Source: Noviluteimonas gilva (GTDB lineage: Bacteria > Pseudomonadota > Gammaproteobacteria > Xanthomonadales > Xanthomonadaceae). From it: 24,000 bases of DNA. The notes under the pieces were generated by a model. That model was not told where the DNA came from and did not search any database. It worked only from the letters and a program-made list of their open reading frames with translations. A program made the position numbers and the translations under genes. Of this stretch, positions 1 through 7,678 are shown one piece after another. The DNA lies in the NCBI RefSeq assembly GCF_009740395.1, contig NZ_WOXT01000001.1, positions 344,464-368,463 on the forward strand, in the 5' to 3' direction. Every line of letters starts with the position of its first letter. The first letter of the stretch is position 1.

Positions 1-531
1 GCGCACGGCGGGACTCGCATAGGGCACCTTGTCGGGCAGCAGACCATCGGCGTCGAACGCGACCGGCGGCGAACGCGGCGGCTGCGCTTCGGCATCGATG
101 CCGGGCTTGCTGTCGAGCGTGGCGGCCTGGATCGACTGCTGCGCGATGCGATCGGGTTGCGTGGAAGGGGCGACGGGTTCGACACGCTCGCCTGTTTCCG
201 ACGTCGCCTTTGTCGGCGGTGGCGTGGCCGGGGCGGGCGCTGCGGGCGCGGGCGCCTTCGCTTCCTCAGGCTTCGCGCTCGCCGCCGCATCCGCGGCTTC
301 GATCAACGCGACGACGCTGCCTTCCGACAACTTGTCGCCCACCTTCACCTTCAACTCGCGCACCACGCCGGCGAACGGCGCGGGCACTTCCATCGTCGCC
401 TTGTCCGATTCGAGCGTGACCAGGCCCTGGTCGGCCTTCACGGTGTCGCCGACGGCAACGAGCAACTCGATGACGGGCACGTCGTCGTAACCGCCGATGT
501 CGGGGACTTTGGCTTCCTGGGTTCCGGCCAT
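1..531 (-). CDS. aceF: Dihydrolipoamide acetyltransferase-type E2 subunit of a 2-oxo acid (pyruvate) dehydrogenase complex, N-terminal 177 codons; C-terminus lies beyond the window start
   Basis: Own translation of the minus strand from ATG 531..529, open to position 1. It is absent from the ORF track because there is no stop in the window. MAGTQEAKVPDIGGYDDVPVIELLVAVGDTVKADQGLVTLESDKATMEVPAPFAGVVRELKVKVGDKLSEGSVVALIEAA is a lipoyl domain with the SDKATM lipoyl-lysine motif. An Ala/Pro linker follows, then ...LPDKVPYASPAVR, the start of an E3-binding domain, which favours E2 over a lipoyl-bearing Lpd. Confidence 0.8.
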   Translation of the reverse strand, partial: MAGTQEAKVPDIGGYDDVPVIELLVAVGDTVKADQGLVTLESDKATMEVPAPFAGVVRELKVKVGDKLSEGSVVALIEAADAAASAKPEEAKAPAPAAPAPATPPPTKATSETGERVEPVAPSTQPDRIAQQSIQAATLDSKPGIDAEAQPPRSPPVAFDADGLLPDKVPYASPAVR

Positions 532-608
532 GGCTGGCGACTTCCGTGGAGATTGGCCGTCTATTGTGGCCGCCACGGGACAGCGCGCCAACCGTTGCAC
601 GCGAGACC

Positions 609-639
609 AAAAAAAACGCCCGCGGGGGAGGCACGGGCG
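609..639 (-). terminator. Rho-independent terminator downstream of the DUF2884 gene
   Basis: On the minus strand: CGCCCGTG / loop CCTCCCC / CGCGGGCG (8 bp stem including one G-U) followed by TTTTTTTT (plus-strand A run 609-616). It lies 50 nt after the stop at 689. Confidence 0.8.
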
Positions 640-688
640 GTGGGGGAAGCGCCGGGGTCAACCGGCGCGATTGGGGCCTGACGCGAGG

Positions 689-1453
689 TCAGTGGTAGTC
701 GTTGCGAACCTTCATCCTGGCGTCGATCAGGTCCAGGCGGCTGCCGTCGGGCAGGCGATACACGAGCGCGTTGTCGATCGCGTCGAGCGCTTCCATGCGG
801 CGGCACAGGGCTTCGGCGCGCTTTTCCAGCTGGTTCGCACGCGGCTGGACGCGGCGCTCGATTTCCTTGTCGAGGTTGTTCATGCGCTCGATGCGCGCAT
901 CGTCGCCGCTGAACGCGGCCGAGATCGCGCCGCCCACGATGTCGCCGATGACCGGCGGCAGCACTTCGGAGATGGCGTGCGAAATGCTGTTGCCGAGTTC
1001 GTTGCCGTTGAAACGATTCGCCGACACGGCCTTCGCCATGTGCTTGTCGATGTCGGCCCGCGACTTGGCCAGGGCCGCGCGGGTCTGTTCGGGATGGGCG
1101 CTCAGGCCGGTGGCGACTTCGCCCAGCGCGGTGAAGGCGATGTCCGCCGCGTCGCGGCCGATCTGCGCGGCCAGCGGCAGCGTGGCGCGGACGTGCTTCT
1201 CGTAATCGGCGATGCGCCGGCTGTCGTCCTTGCTGAGGTTGACCCAGGCGTTGTCGATGAACATGCGTCCATCGCGCATGACGATCGCCTTGGGCGTGCC
1301 CGTTTCCTTCGTCAGGATCACCGACTTGTCGGTGACGTTGAGGTCGTAGTCGCTGTCGACATCGCACTGCAGGTCTTTCGCCGCTGCACTGCCGCAGGCC
1401 ATGGCGAGCGCCAGTGCCAGGCCGCTGTTCAACGCAAGCTTCATGCCACGCAT
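689..1453 (-). CDS. Secreted DUF2884 (YggN-like) family protein
   Basis: 254 aa ORF with a signal peptide (MRGMKLALNSGLALALAMACGSAAA|KD). The layout recalled for YggN/DUF2884 is present: early Cys (LQCDVDSDYDL), VMRDGRMF, DYEKHVRATLP, late Cys (EALCRRMEALD). GAGGAG lies 8 nt upstream of ATG 1453. Confidence 0.7.
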   Translation of the reverse strand: MRGMKLALNSGLALALAMACGSAAAKDLQCDVDSDYDLNVTDKSVILTKETGTPKAIVMRDGRMFIDNAWVNLSKDDSRRIADYEKHVRATLPLAAQIGRDAADIAFTALGEVATGLSAHPEQTRAALAKSRADIDKHMAKAVSANRFNGNELGNSISHAISEVLPPVIGDIVGGAISAAFSGDDARIERMNNLDKEIERRVQPRANQLEKRAEALCRRMEALDAIDNALVYRLPDGSRLDLIDARMKVRNDYH

Positions 1454-1630
1454 CGGTCCATCTCCTCGTCGATGGGGCGATCATGCAACCGTCGTGCCGG
1501 AACTTCACGTGCCGGTGGGAGCCATGACTGACGTCATGGTGGCGCATGGGACTGCAACCATCCGCAAGGAAGGCGCATCTTCCCTACCGTGGCAAGCAAA
1601 TCCCCCTCCTGCCACGGTGCGAGGTCCGTC

Positions 1631-1891
1631 ATGTATTCCGTTCAACATGTCCTGTGGCGCGGCGTAATGGCACTCAGCCTGCTGGTCGTCGGTGGCGTTG
1701 GCGCCGGCGTGTCCGAGCAAGCCGCCCCCGCTGCTTACGATGAAGTCGCTTGCGAAGACGCCGCGTTCGTCTTCCATGGCGTGCAGGGTTCGATGAAATC
1801 CGAATTCGTGTTCGTGCAACCGCAACAGTCGTTGCAGGTGTTCGACACGGTCGTGATCCAGGCCATCCACCCGGTGCCCGAAAACGCGTGA
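1631..1891 (+). CDS. Hypothetical small protein (86 aa) with hydrophobic N-terminal segment
   Basis: Internal ATG of track ORF 1589..1891, preceded by GAGG with 6 nt spacing. Hydrophobic stretch WRGVMALSLLVVGGVGAGV. A 10 bp GC hairpin (1901-1910/1914-1923) sits 10 nt after the stop. No recognisable family and only moderate GC3. Confidence 0.4.
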   Translation: MYSVQHVLWRGVMALSLLVVGGVGAGVSEQAAPAAYDEVACEDAAFVFHGVQGSMKSEFVFVQPQQSLQVFDTVVIQAIHPVPENA

Positions 1892-2080
1892 GGCCGATGT
1901 CGCGCGACGCGGTGCGTCGCGCGCGAAGCTGAACGCTTGCGTCATCGAGTTGCGTTCGCGGTGAAATTCCGCCACTGATCGCGCGGCGCGCGCACGCCGC
2001 ATCCGTTGTGGTTCATGCAGGCCTCGCAAGGATGGCCTCGCCCCATCTCCCCGGGGCCCAGAACACAACGAGGAGATTCC

Positions 2081-2743
2081 ATGCGCAAGACTTATCAGGC
2101 CCTCGCCATCGCCGCCGCATTTGCGGCCACGTCGATGGCTTTCGCACAAGACACCAGTTCCACCGAGACCACGACGACGACGTCGACCACGACGCCCAAG
2201 CGTTTCAGCGTGGTGGGTGGTTACGCACACATGGTGCCGAAGTCGAATCCGGGCACGATCGCCGGGCAGTCGGCGGACCTGGATGGCAACGGCGCCGCGA
2301 CGCTGAGCGGTGCATGGCACGTCGACGATCATTGGGCAGTCGAGCTGTGGGGCACGCCCGACAAGTTCAAGACGGACGTCAATCTCGCAAACGGTGGGCG
2401 CGGTTCCTACAAACAGCAGCCGATCGCGGTGAGCGGCCAGTATCACTTCGGGCAGGCATCGCAGCCGATTCGCCCGTTCGTGGGCCTGGGTTACTACGAA
2501 TCGAACATCGACGATGAGCGTTTCGACCCCACGGTCGCGGGCGGCAACCATGTCGGCATGGACACGCCGAAGGGGCCGATCGCGACGGTCGGCGCGGACT
2601 TCAACATCACCGATCGCGTGTTCGCGCGTGCGGATGCGCGTTACCTGAAGAGCGATTCGGAGGCCAACGTGGCCGGCGTGCCCGTGGGTGAAGTGGACCT
2701 GGATCCGTGGGTCGTCGGCGTGGGTGTCGGCGCGCGCTTTTAA
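2081..2743 (+). CDS. ompW: OmpW-family outer-membrane beta-barrel protein
   Basis: MRKTYQALAIAAAFAATSMAFA signal peptide, AGGAGA RBS at 2071-2076, C-terminal ...VVGVGVGARF (terminal Phe of OM barrels), and OmpW-like strands (WAVELWG, QPIAVSGQYHF, PFVGLGYY, DLDPWVVGVG). Start chosen at M26 of track ORF 2006..2743. Confidence 0.88.
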   Translation: MRKTYQALAIAAAFAATSMAFAQDTSSTETTTTTSTTTPKRFSVVGGYAHMVPKSNPGTIAGQSADLDGNGAATLSGAWHVDDHWAVELWGTPDKFKTDVNLANGGRGSYKQQPIAVSGQYHFGQASQPIRPFVGLGYYESNIDDERFDPTVAGGNHVGMDTPKGPIATVGADFNITDRVFARADARYLKSDSEANVAGVPVGEVDLDPWVVGVGVGARF

Positions 2744-2763
2744 GCAACGATCCCGTACCCGGA

Positions 2764-2803
2764 CCCTCTCCCCAACCCCTCTCCCGATGGGAGAGGGGCT
2801 TTT
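2764..2803. terminator. REP-like GC hairpin / bidirectional terminator between convergent ompW and DMT genes
   Basis: CCCCTCTCCC (2776-2785) / loop GAT / GGGAGAGGGG (2789-2798), a perfect 10 bp stem followed by CTTTT. It is preceded by a second C-rich arm copy, CCCTCTCCCC (2764-2773), separated by AA. It shares the 14-mer CTCCCCAACCCCTC with the element at 7679-7726. Confidence 0.7.
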
Positions 2804-2806
2804 GCG

Positions 2807-3703
2807 TCACGGGTGCTCGGATTCGGCGTGCACCTTTTCGCGACGCAGCAGATACAGGCCGCTCGCGATGATGATCGCGGCACCGATCCACGTGACGGTA
2901 TCGGGCAGCACGCCCCAGAAGAACAGATCCAGGCACACGCCCCACACGAGCGCGGTGTATTCGAGCGGCGCGATCAGCGAGGCTTCGCCCCATTTGAACG
3001 CGAGGGTGATCGCGTACTGCCCGAAGGCGCCCGCGACACCGAGGAATGCGATCAACGGCCAGTGCTCGCGCTGGACCGGCACCCAATCGGGATACGCGAG
3101 CGCGCCGGCACCGATCGCCATCATCGCGAGCAACCACACCATCATCGATTGCACCGAGTCGGTCTTCGCGAGCAGGCGCACGGTGATCGCCGAAATCGCA
3201 TACGCCAGCGCGGACAACAACACGGCCATGCCCGCCAGGCTCAACACGCCCTGCCCGGTCGGACGCAACACGACGAGCACGCCGACCAGGCCGATCGCGA
3301 TCGCGGTCCATCGCCGCGGGCCCACCTTTTCCTTGAGGAACGGCACGGACAACGCGGTGATCAACAAGGGCGCGACGAAGAAGATCGAATACGTCGTCGA
3401 CAACGGCAACGACTTCAACGCATAGACGAAGGCCACCATCATCACGATGCCGAGCACGCCGCGCAGCAGATGCAGCGACCAGCGCACGCGGAACAACGGT
3501 ATCAATCCAACCGTCACCAGCGCCCATGTGAGCACGAGCGGGAGCGAGGCGAGGCCGCGGATCGCCGCCACCTGGAACGGTGGATAGTGGACCGACAGCA
3601 TCTTCAGCGCCGAATCCATCAACGCGAACATCAGCACGGCGATGAGCATCAGGCCGATCGCGCGCAACTGTCGGCGGCGATCGGTGTGGGCGGGGGAGTC
3701 CAT
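2807..3703 (-). CDS. DMT superfamily (EamA/RhaT-like) inner-membrane transporter
   Basis: 298 aa from the internal start MDSPAHTDRRRQLRAIGLMLIAVLMFALMDSALK. About 10 hydrophobic helices and two EamA-like halves. The upstream part of track ORF 2807..4195 is antisense to the DUF1415 gene and was discarded. Confidence 0.88.
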   Translation of the reverse strand: MDSPAHTDRRRQLRAIGLMLIAVLMFALMDSALKMLSVHYPPFQVAAIRGLASLPLVLTWALVTVGLIPLFRVRWSLHLLRGVLGIVMMVAFVYALKSLPLSTTYSIFFVAPLLITALSVPFLKEKVGPRRWTAIAIGLVGVLVVLRPTGQGVLSLAGMAVLLSALAYAISAITVRLLAKTDSVQSMMVWLLAMMAIGAGALAYPDWVPVQREHWPLIAFLGVAGAFGQYAITLAFKWGEASLIAPLEYTALVWGVCLDLFFWGVLPDTVTWIGAAIIIASGLYLLRREKVHAESEHP

Positions 3704-3766
3704 CGCGCAAGCTTGGGGCAAGGCGGCGTCGGACGCCACCCATCGCGCATCCGGTAACCTTGCGTC

Positions 3767-4324
3767 ATGAACTTGCCCAATGACAGCCGTCCCGCAGACC
3801 CCATCGCCGACACCCGCCGCTGGCTCGAACGCGCCGTCATCGGGCTCAACCTGTGCCCGTTCGCGAAAGCCGTGCACGCGAAGGGCCAGGTGCGCTGGGT
3901 GTTGAGCGATGCGTCGACGCCCGAGGCCTTGCTCGCCGAATTGGGCGAGGAACTCGCGTTCCTGCGCGATGCCGATCCTGCGGATGTCGACACGACGCTG
4001 ATCGTGCATCCGGAGGTCTTGCAGGATTTCGTGGACTACAACGATTTCCTCGGCGACGCGGACAACCTCGTCGAAGTGATGGAGCTCGACGGCGTGCTGC
4101 AGGTGGCGAGCTTCCATCCGCAGTATCAATTCGCCGACAGCCATCCCGACGACATCGAGAATTTCACCAACCGCTCGCCGTATCCGACGTTGCACTTGCT
4201 GCGCGAAGACAGCGTGTCGCGCGCGGTGGAAGCCTTTCCCGATCCGGACGTGATCGTGGAGCGCAACGTGGAAACCCTGCAGAAGCTGGGCCGCGCGGGT
4301 TGGGACGCGCTATTGAAAGAGTGA
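3767..4324 (+). CDS. DUF1415 family protein
   Basis: 185 aa. The VIGLNLCPFAKAV, FHPQYQF and RSPYPTLHLLRE motifs match my recollection of DUF1415. Divergent from the DMT gene (63 bp apart). Confidence 0.75.
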   Translation: MNLPNDSRPADPIADTRRWLERAVIGLNLCPFAKAVHAKGQVRWVLSDASTPEALLAELGEELAFLRDADPADVDTTLIVHPEVLQDFVDYNDFLGDADNLVEVMELDGVLQVASFHPQYQFADSHPDDIENFTNRSPYPTLHLLREDSVSRAVEAFPDPDVIVERNVETLQKLGRAGWDALLKE

Positions 4325-5011
4325 GCTCGCGCGCTCTTCGTCGCTCACCAGGCGCCATTCGCCCGGCGCAAGTTCGCCCAGGGTCAAACCGCCGACGGCG
4401 CTGCGATGCAACGCCTCGACGTGATTTCCCACGGCCGCGAACATCCGACGCACCTGGTGATAGCGCCCTTCGGTCAACACCAGGCTTGCGTGGCGTGCAT
4501 CGCGCACGTCCAGCGTCGCCGGCTTGAGCGGCGTATCTTCGGATTCGAGCATCAGCGTGCCACTGGCGAAGACGTCGGCTTCGTCGCCGCGCAGGTCCTG
4601 CGCGAGCGTGGCGTCGTAGCGCTTGGGCAAGTGGGCCTTCGGCGAGACGATGCGATGCAGCAGGCCGCCGTCGTCGGTCATCAGCAGCAATCCGCTGGTG
4701 TCGCGATCCAGGCGGCCCACCGTCGACAGCAACGGGGAGCGCAACCGGAAGCGCGGCGGCAGCAGGTCGTACACGATGCGGCCCTTGTCCTTCGTCGAGC
4801 ACGTGTAACCGACGGGCTTGTTGAGCATGAGCAGCAGGCCGGCGGGCGGATCGAGCCGTTCGCCATCGACGCGGATCGCCTCGTGGTCGACTACGTCGTC
4901 GGCATACAGCACCTCGCCATCGGCATCGGTGATGCGCCCCTCGCGGAACATCCACTGCACTTCCTTGCGGCTGCCGTAGCCGAGGTTCGCGATGTGCTTG
5001 ACCAGTTTCAT
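4310..5011 (-). CDS. rsuA: 16S rRNA pseudouridine(516) synthase RsuA (S4 domain + RsuA/RluB-type catalytic domain)
   Basis: Starts at MKLVKHIANLGYGSRKEV (S4-like). Has the catalytic GRLDRDTSGLLLMTDDG and a C-terminal LTEGRYHQVRRMFAAVGNHVEALHR that closely resembles E. coli RsuA. The ATG overlaps the upstream gene's stop (ATGA at 5011..5008). Confidence 0.88.
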   Translation of the reverse strand: MKLVKHIANLGYGSRKEVQWMFREGRITDADGEVLYADDVVDHEAIRVDGERLDPPAGLLLMLNKPVGYTCSTKDKGRIVYDLLPPRFRLRSPLLSTVGRLDRDTSGLLLMTDDGGLLHRIVSPKAHLPKRYDATLAQDLRGDEADVFASGTLMLESEDTPLKPATLDVRDARHASLVLTEGRYHQVRRMFAAVGNHVEALHRSAVGGLTLGELAPGEWRLVSDEERASSLFQ

Positions 5012-6048
5012 GCGCGCACCCCTTCGAGCACCTTGAAGCCGCCTTCGTCGGCGAGCACGCGCACTTGCGCGAACCGTTCGCCGAGGATCGCTTCGTACGG
5101 CAAATGGCGATTGGCCACCATGATCAAGCGCCCACGCGCGCGCAGCGCCTGCGCGGCGACTTCGATGAAGCGACGGCCGAGATCCGGCCGATCGGCGCGC
5201 GACTGCGCATGGAACGGCGGATTCATCACGATGAAGTCGTATTGCTTCGACAGGCCTTGCGTGACGTCGTGCCAATGGAAGCCGACGTTCGCGCGGCCCG
5301 TGAGGTTCTGCCGGGCGAGCGCGAGCGCGCGTCCTTCCGCTTCGTACAGATCGATCGCCTGCACATGCTTGCAGCGCGCGAGCACATCCATGGCCAGCAC
5401 ACCGATGCCCGCGCCGAGATCGGCGCCCTCGCCCGCCAGGTCGGTCGGCAGGTGTTGCATCAGCAGGGCGGACGCCTTGTCGACGCGATCCCACGCGAAC
5501 ACACCCGGCCGGCTCAACAGCGTGTCGCCGGCGACGAAGCGCGGCGCATCGAGCACGCGCCATTCTTCCAGCAACGCAAGATCGGTCGAACGCGCGCCGG
5601 TCCAGAACACGCGGCAGTGCGACTTCGACAACACGTTGACCTGCCCCGCGAGACGCGCGAGATCCGCCTGCCCGGTCTTGGCACCTTCATCGTTCGGCAT
5701 GCAGGCCACGACGACGCCCGACGGGCCCGCATGCATGAGCGCACGCGCGAACAGGGCGCGCGCTTCTTCACGTTGACGCGGTGGCAGCACGAGCACGAGC
5801 GGAAACGTGCCTTCGACGTCGTCGCCGTGGGTCGTGATGCCCGAGCGCTGCAACGCATCGAACGCAGGCTTGTAGCTCTGCTCGGCGACCAGGCCCGGCA
5901 GCGGGCGCGCATGCAGCGGCCAGCCATCGCGCGCGCGCAGGAACAGCGCACCGCCTTCGCGCGGCCACGCGAGCGCGCCCGTCGCGAAGGGATGGAACAG
6001 GGTTTCGAGCGCGGCGTCGGTGTCGCGCGGTCCGGAAATGTTCGACAT
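5008..6048 (-). CDS. rsmC: RsmC-like class I SAM-dependent rRNA (guanine-N2) methyltransferase
   Basis: 346 aa with a two-domain layout. SAM-binding loop DLGAGIGVLAMDV and N2-G/N6-A methyltransferase motif IVMNPPFH. Size and architecture resemble RsmC/RlmG. Translationally coupled to rsuA. Confidence 0.75.
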   Translation of the reverse strand: MSNISGPRDTDAALETLFHPFATGALAWPREGGALFLRARDGWPLHARPLPGLVAEQSYKPAFDALQRSGITTHGDDVEGTFPLVLVLPPRQREEARALFARALMHAGPSGVVVACMPNDEGAKTGQADLARLAGQVNVLSKSHCRVFWTGARSTDLALLEEWRVLDAPRFVAGDTLLSRPGVFAWDRVDKASALLMQHLPTDLAGEGADLGAGIGVLAMDVLARCKHVQAIDLYEAEGRALALARQNLTGRANVGFHWHDVTQGLSKQYDFIVMNPPFHAQSRADRPDLGRRFIEVAAQALRARGRLIMVANRHLPYEAILGERFAQVRVLADEGGFKVLEGVRA

Positions 6049-6057
6049 GCCGCCAGT

Positions 6058-6540
6058 TTACGCGGCGTGTACCGCCTGTTCCCGGTGACGGCGCAATTGG
6101 TCGGTCAGCCACGTGGCGCCGACGCAGGCGCCGAGCGCCAGCGCCCAGTTCACCGCGACGGCCGAATCCAGGTGCAGGAACGCCGCCATCGGCGCGATCC
6201 ACTCGGGGCCGTAAACGCCCACGACCACCGCGCTGCCGAGGCCGAAGATGCCGATCGCGGCACGCAGCAGCTTGCCTTCCAGCACGCCCGACCGCGCGGA
6301 CTGCACGATCTCCGGCGCGCGCGCGTTGGCTTCGGCGCGTTGCGCGACCTGCGATGCGAAGTCCGCGGGCAGCAGGTCGGGCAAGGGCGCCCGCAGCGCG
6401 TCGGTCACTTTGCGATAGCGCAGCGCGAGCGGATCGGTCGACGGCACGCCGTCGCGCGCATCGCGCAGCGCGCGTTCCTGTGCCTGCCATTCGCGTTCGT
6501 CGATCGCGTTGCGCGACGGGTCGTTGTGGTTGGTGTTCAT
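6058..6540 (-). CDS. Membrane protein co-translated with the ECF sigma factor (candidate non-canonical anti-sigma factor)
   Basis: 160 aa. About 90 aa soluble N-terminus, then two hydrophobic helices (LLRAAIGIFGLGSAVVVGVYG; VAVNWALALGACVGATWL). The start overlaps the sigma stop (ATGA 6540..6537). No HxxxCxxC zinc motif is seen, so the anti-sigma role rests on position only. Confidence 0.55.
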   Translation of the reverse strand: MNTNHNDPSRNAIDEREWQAQERALRDARDGVPSTDPLALRYRKVTDALRAPLPDLLPADFASQVAQRAEANARAPEIVQSARSGVLEGKLLRAAIGIFGLGSAVVVGVYGPEWIAPMAAFLHLDSAVAVNWALALGACVGATWLTDQLRRHREQAVHAA

Positions 6541-7178
6541 GCGGCGACTCCCATGCGTCCTTCCAGCACCTGGCGAAGGCGCTGGCGGCTGCGGAACAGG
6601 TGACTCTTGATGGTGCCCTCGGCGAGCCTGGTCAACTCGGCGATCTCGCCGATCGGCATCTCGTCCAGGTGATACAGCGTGAGCAGCGTGCGCTGCAGCG
6701 GCGGCAGTGTTTCGATCGCCGCGTGCAGGCAGCGTGCGGATTCTTCGTCGGAGACTGCGCCTTCGAGGTCGAAGTGGTCGCCGACGTTTTCCAGCAGGGC
6801 CTGATGCTCATCGGCGTCGGCGGCATCCTGCAACGGAATGCGCTTGCGCTCCAGGTGCCGCTTGGCGACCGAGTACGCGACCTGGCCGATCCACGCCTGC
6901 AGCGAGCTCTCGCCGCGATATTGGTGCAGATAGCGATGCACGCGCAGGAAGGCGTCCTGGCACAACTCGCGCGTGTCGTCGGGCTGGCGGACCATGCGCT
7001 GGATCACGTGGAAGCACAGGCCCTGGTATTGCTTGACGAGGCGTTCGAAGGACCCCGGTTTCTGGGCGAGCACGTCCGCCACCAGCGCGCGATCGGCTTC
7101 CCGATCAGGCGCTTCGGCGGGTGGGGTCGCGGCAGCGGGCGCGGGTCGTTCCAGGGGTCGGCCTCCATCCATGCCCAT
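6537..7178 (-). CDS. ECF-type RNA polymerase sigma-70 family factor
   Basis: Region 2 (FERLVKQYQGLCFHVIQRMVRQPDDTRELCQDAFLRVHRYLHQYRGESSLQAWIGQVAY) and region 4 (LPPLQRTLLTLYHLDEMPIGEIAELTRLAEGTIKSHLFRSRQRL). The start is uncertain: M45 (7178) or M47 (7172) of track ORF 6537..7310. Confidence 0.88.
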   Translation of the reverse strand: MGMDGGRPLERPAPAAATPPAEAPDREADRALVADVLAQKPGSFERLVKQYQGLCFHVIQRMVRQPDDTRELCQDAFLRVHRYLHQYRGESSLQAWIGQVAYSVAKRHLERKRIPLQDAADADEHQALLENVGDHFDLEGAVSDEESARCLHAAIETLPPLQRTLLTLYHLDEMPIGEIAELTRLAEGTIKSHLFRSRQRLRQVLEGRMGVAA

Positions 7179-7184
7179 TCCAGA

Positions 7185-7209
7185 TACGCCCGGTGGGCCA
7201 TCGGTTGCA
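7185..7209 (-). promoter_or_regulatory. Candidate ECF-type promoter (TGCAAC-N15-CGTA) abutting the sigma gene start
   Basis: Minus strand reads TGCAAC (7209..7204), 15 nt, CGTA (7188..7185). This resembles the AAC...CGT hallmark of ECF promoters. The -35 sits within the perfect palindrome GGTTGCAACC (7203-7212). The predicted TSS would fall at or near the ATG, giving a leaderless mRNA or implying a later start. Confidence 0.25.
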
Positions 7210-7321
7210 ACCCGGGGTCGGCGACGAACGGTACGCCCGGCTGCAACCGGTCCCGCGCCGCCGGTATCTCCTGCTCCGTCACCCCAATCACGAACCCGAC
7301 CCAGGCCCACCGGAGCACCCC

Positions 7322-7657
7322 ATGAATTCCTTCGAGATGCTGATCCCCATCACCTTCTTCCTGGTCATCGCCTACATCGTCAAGGTGTTGGTCGATGCAC
7401 GCACCAAGCGCGCGCTGATCGGCGCCAATGGCTCGGAGGAACTCGTCCGTTCGATCATGGCGGGCGAAGAGATCCGCCAGAAGCACAGCTCGCTGCGCTG
7501 GGGCGTCACGCTGCTGGCCATCGGCGCGGGCTTCGGCCTGATCGAAGCCGGCGGCTGGAACGAAGTCACGCCTGGCGTGATCGCGGTCCTCGCGGCCGCC
7601 ACGGGCCTGGGCAACCTCGCCTACTACTTCATGTCGCGTCGGATGTCGGCTGCCTGA
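7322..7657 (+). CDS. Small inner-membrane protein (111 aa), divergent from the ECF sigma gene
   Basis: MNSFEMLIPITFFLVIAYIVKVLV (TM1), an amphipathic middle, then two more hydrophobic segments (WGVTLLAIGAGFGLI; VIAVLAAATGLGNLAYYF). High GC3, followed by a strong terminator. Possibly DUF6249-like, a weak recollection. Confidence 0.7.
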   Translation: MNSFEMLIPITFFLVIAYIVKVLVDARTKRALIGANGSEELVRSIMAGEEIRQKHSSLRWGVTLLAIGAGFGLIEAGGWNEVTPGVIAVLAAATGLGNLAYYFMSRRMSAA

Positions 7658-7678
7658 GTTTCGCGGGAAACGCGGCAA

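Noticed and set aside
29-681. Plus-strand ORFs 29..490, 157..681 and 210..419 at the window start
   Set aside because: They are antisense or off-frame to the minus-strand lipoyl-domain E2 gene, which has an unmistakable SDKATM lipoylation motif.
1505-2551. 348-aa minus-strand ORF covering the ompW region
   Set aside because: It is antisense to the OmpW gene (clear signal peptide, RBS and terminal Phe). It has no domains.
2807-4195. N-terminal 164-aa extension of the DMT transporter ORF (462-aa version)
   Set aside because: The extension is antisense to the DUF1415 gene and has no membrane character. The transporter fold begins at MDSPAHT (3703).
4310-5563. 417-aa version of the rsuA ORF
   Set aside because: The upstream 184 aa overlap the RsmC-like gene in another frame and are Arg-rich. 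RsuA homology begins at MKLVKHIANLGYGSRK, with an ATGA coupling junction at 5011..5008.
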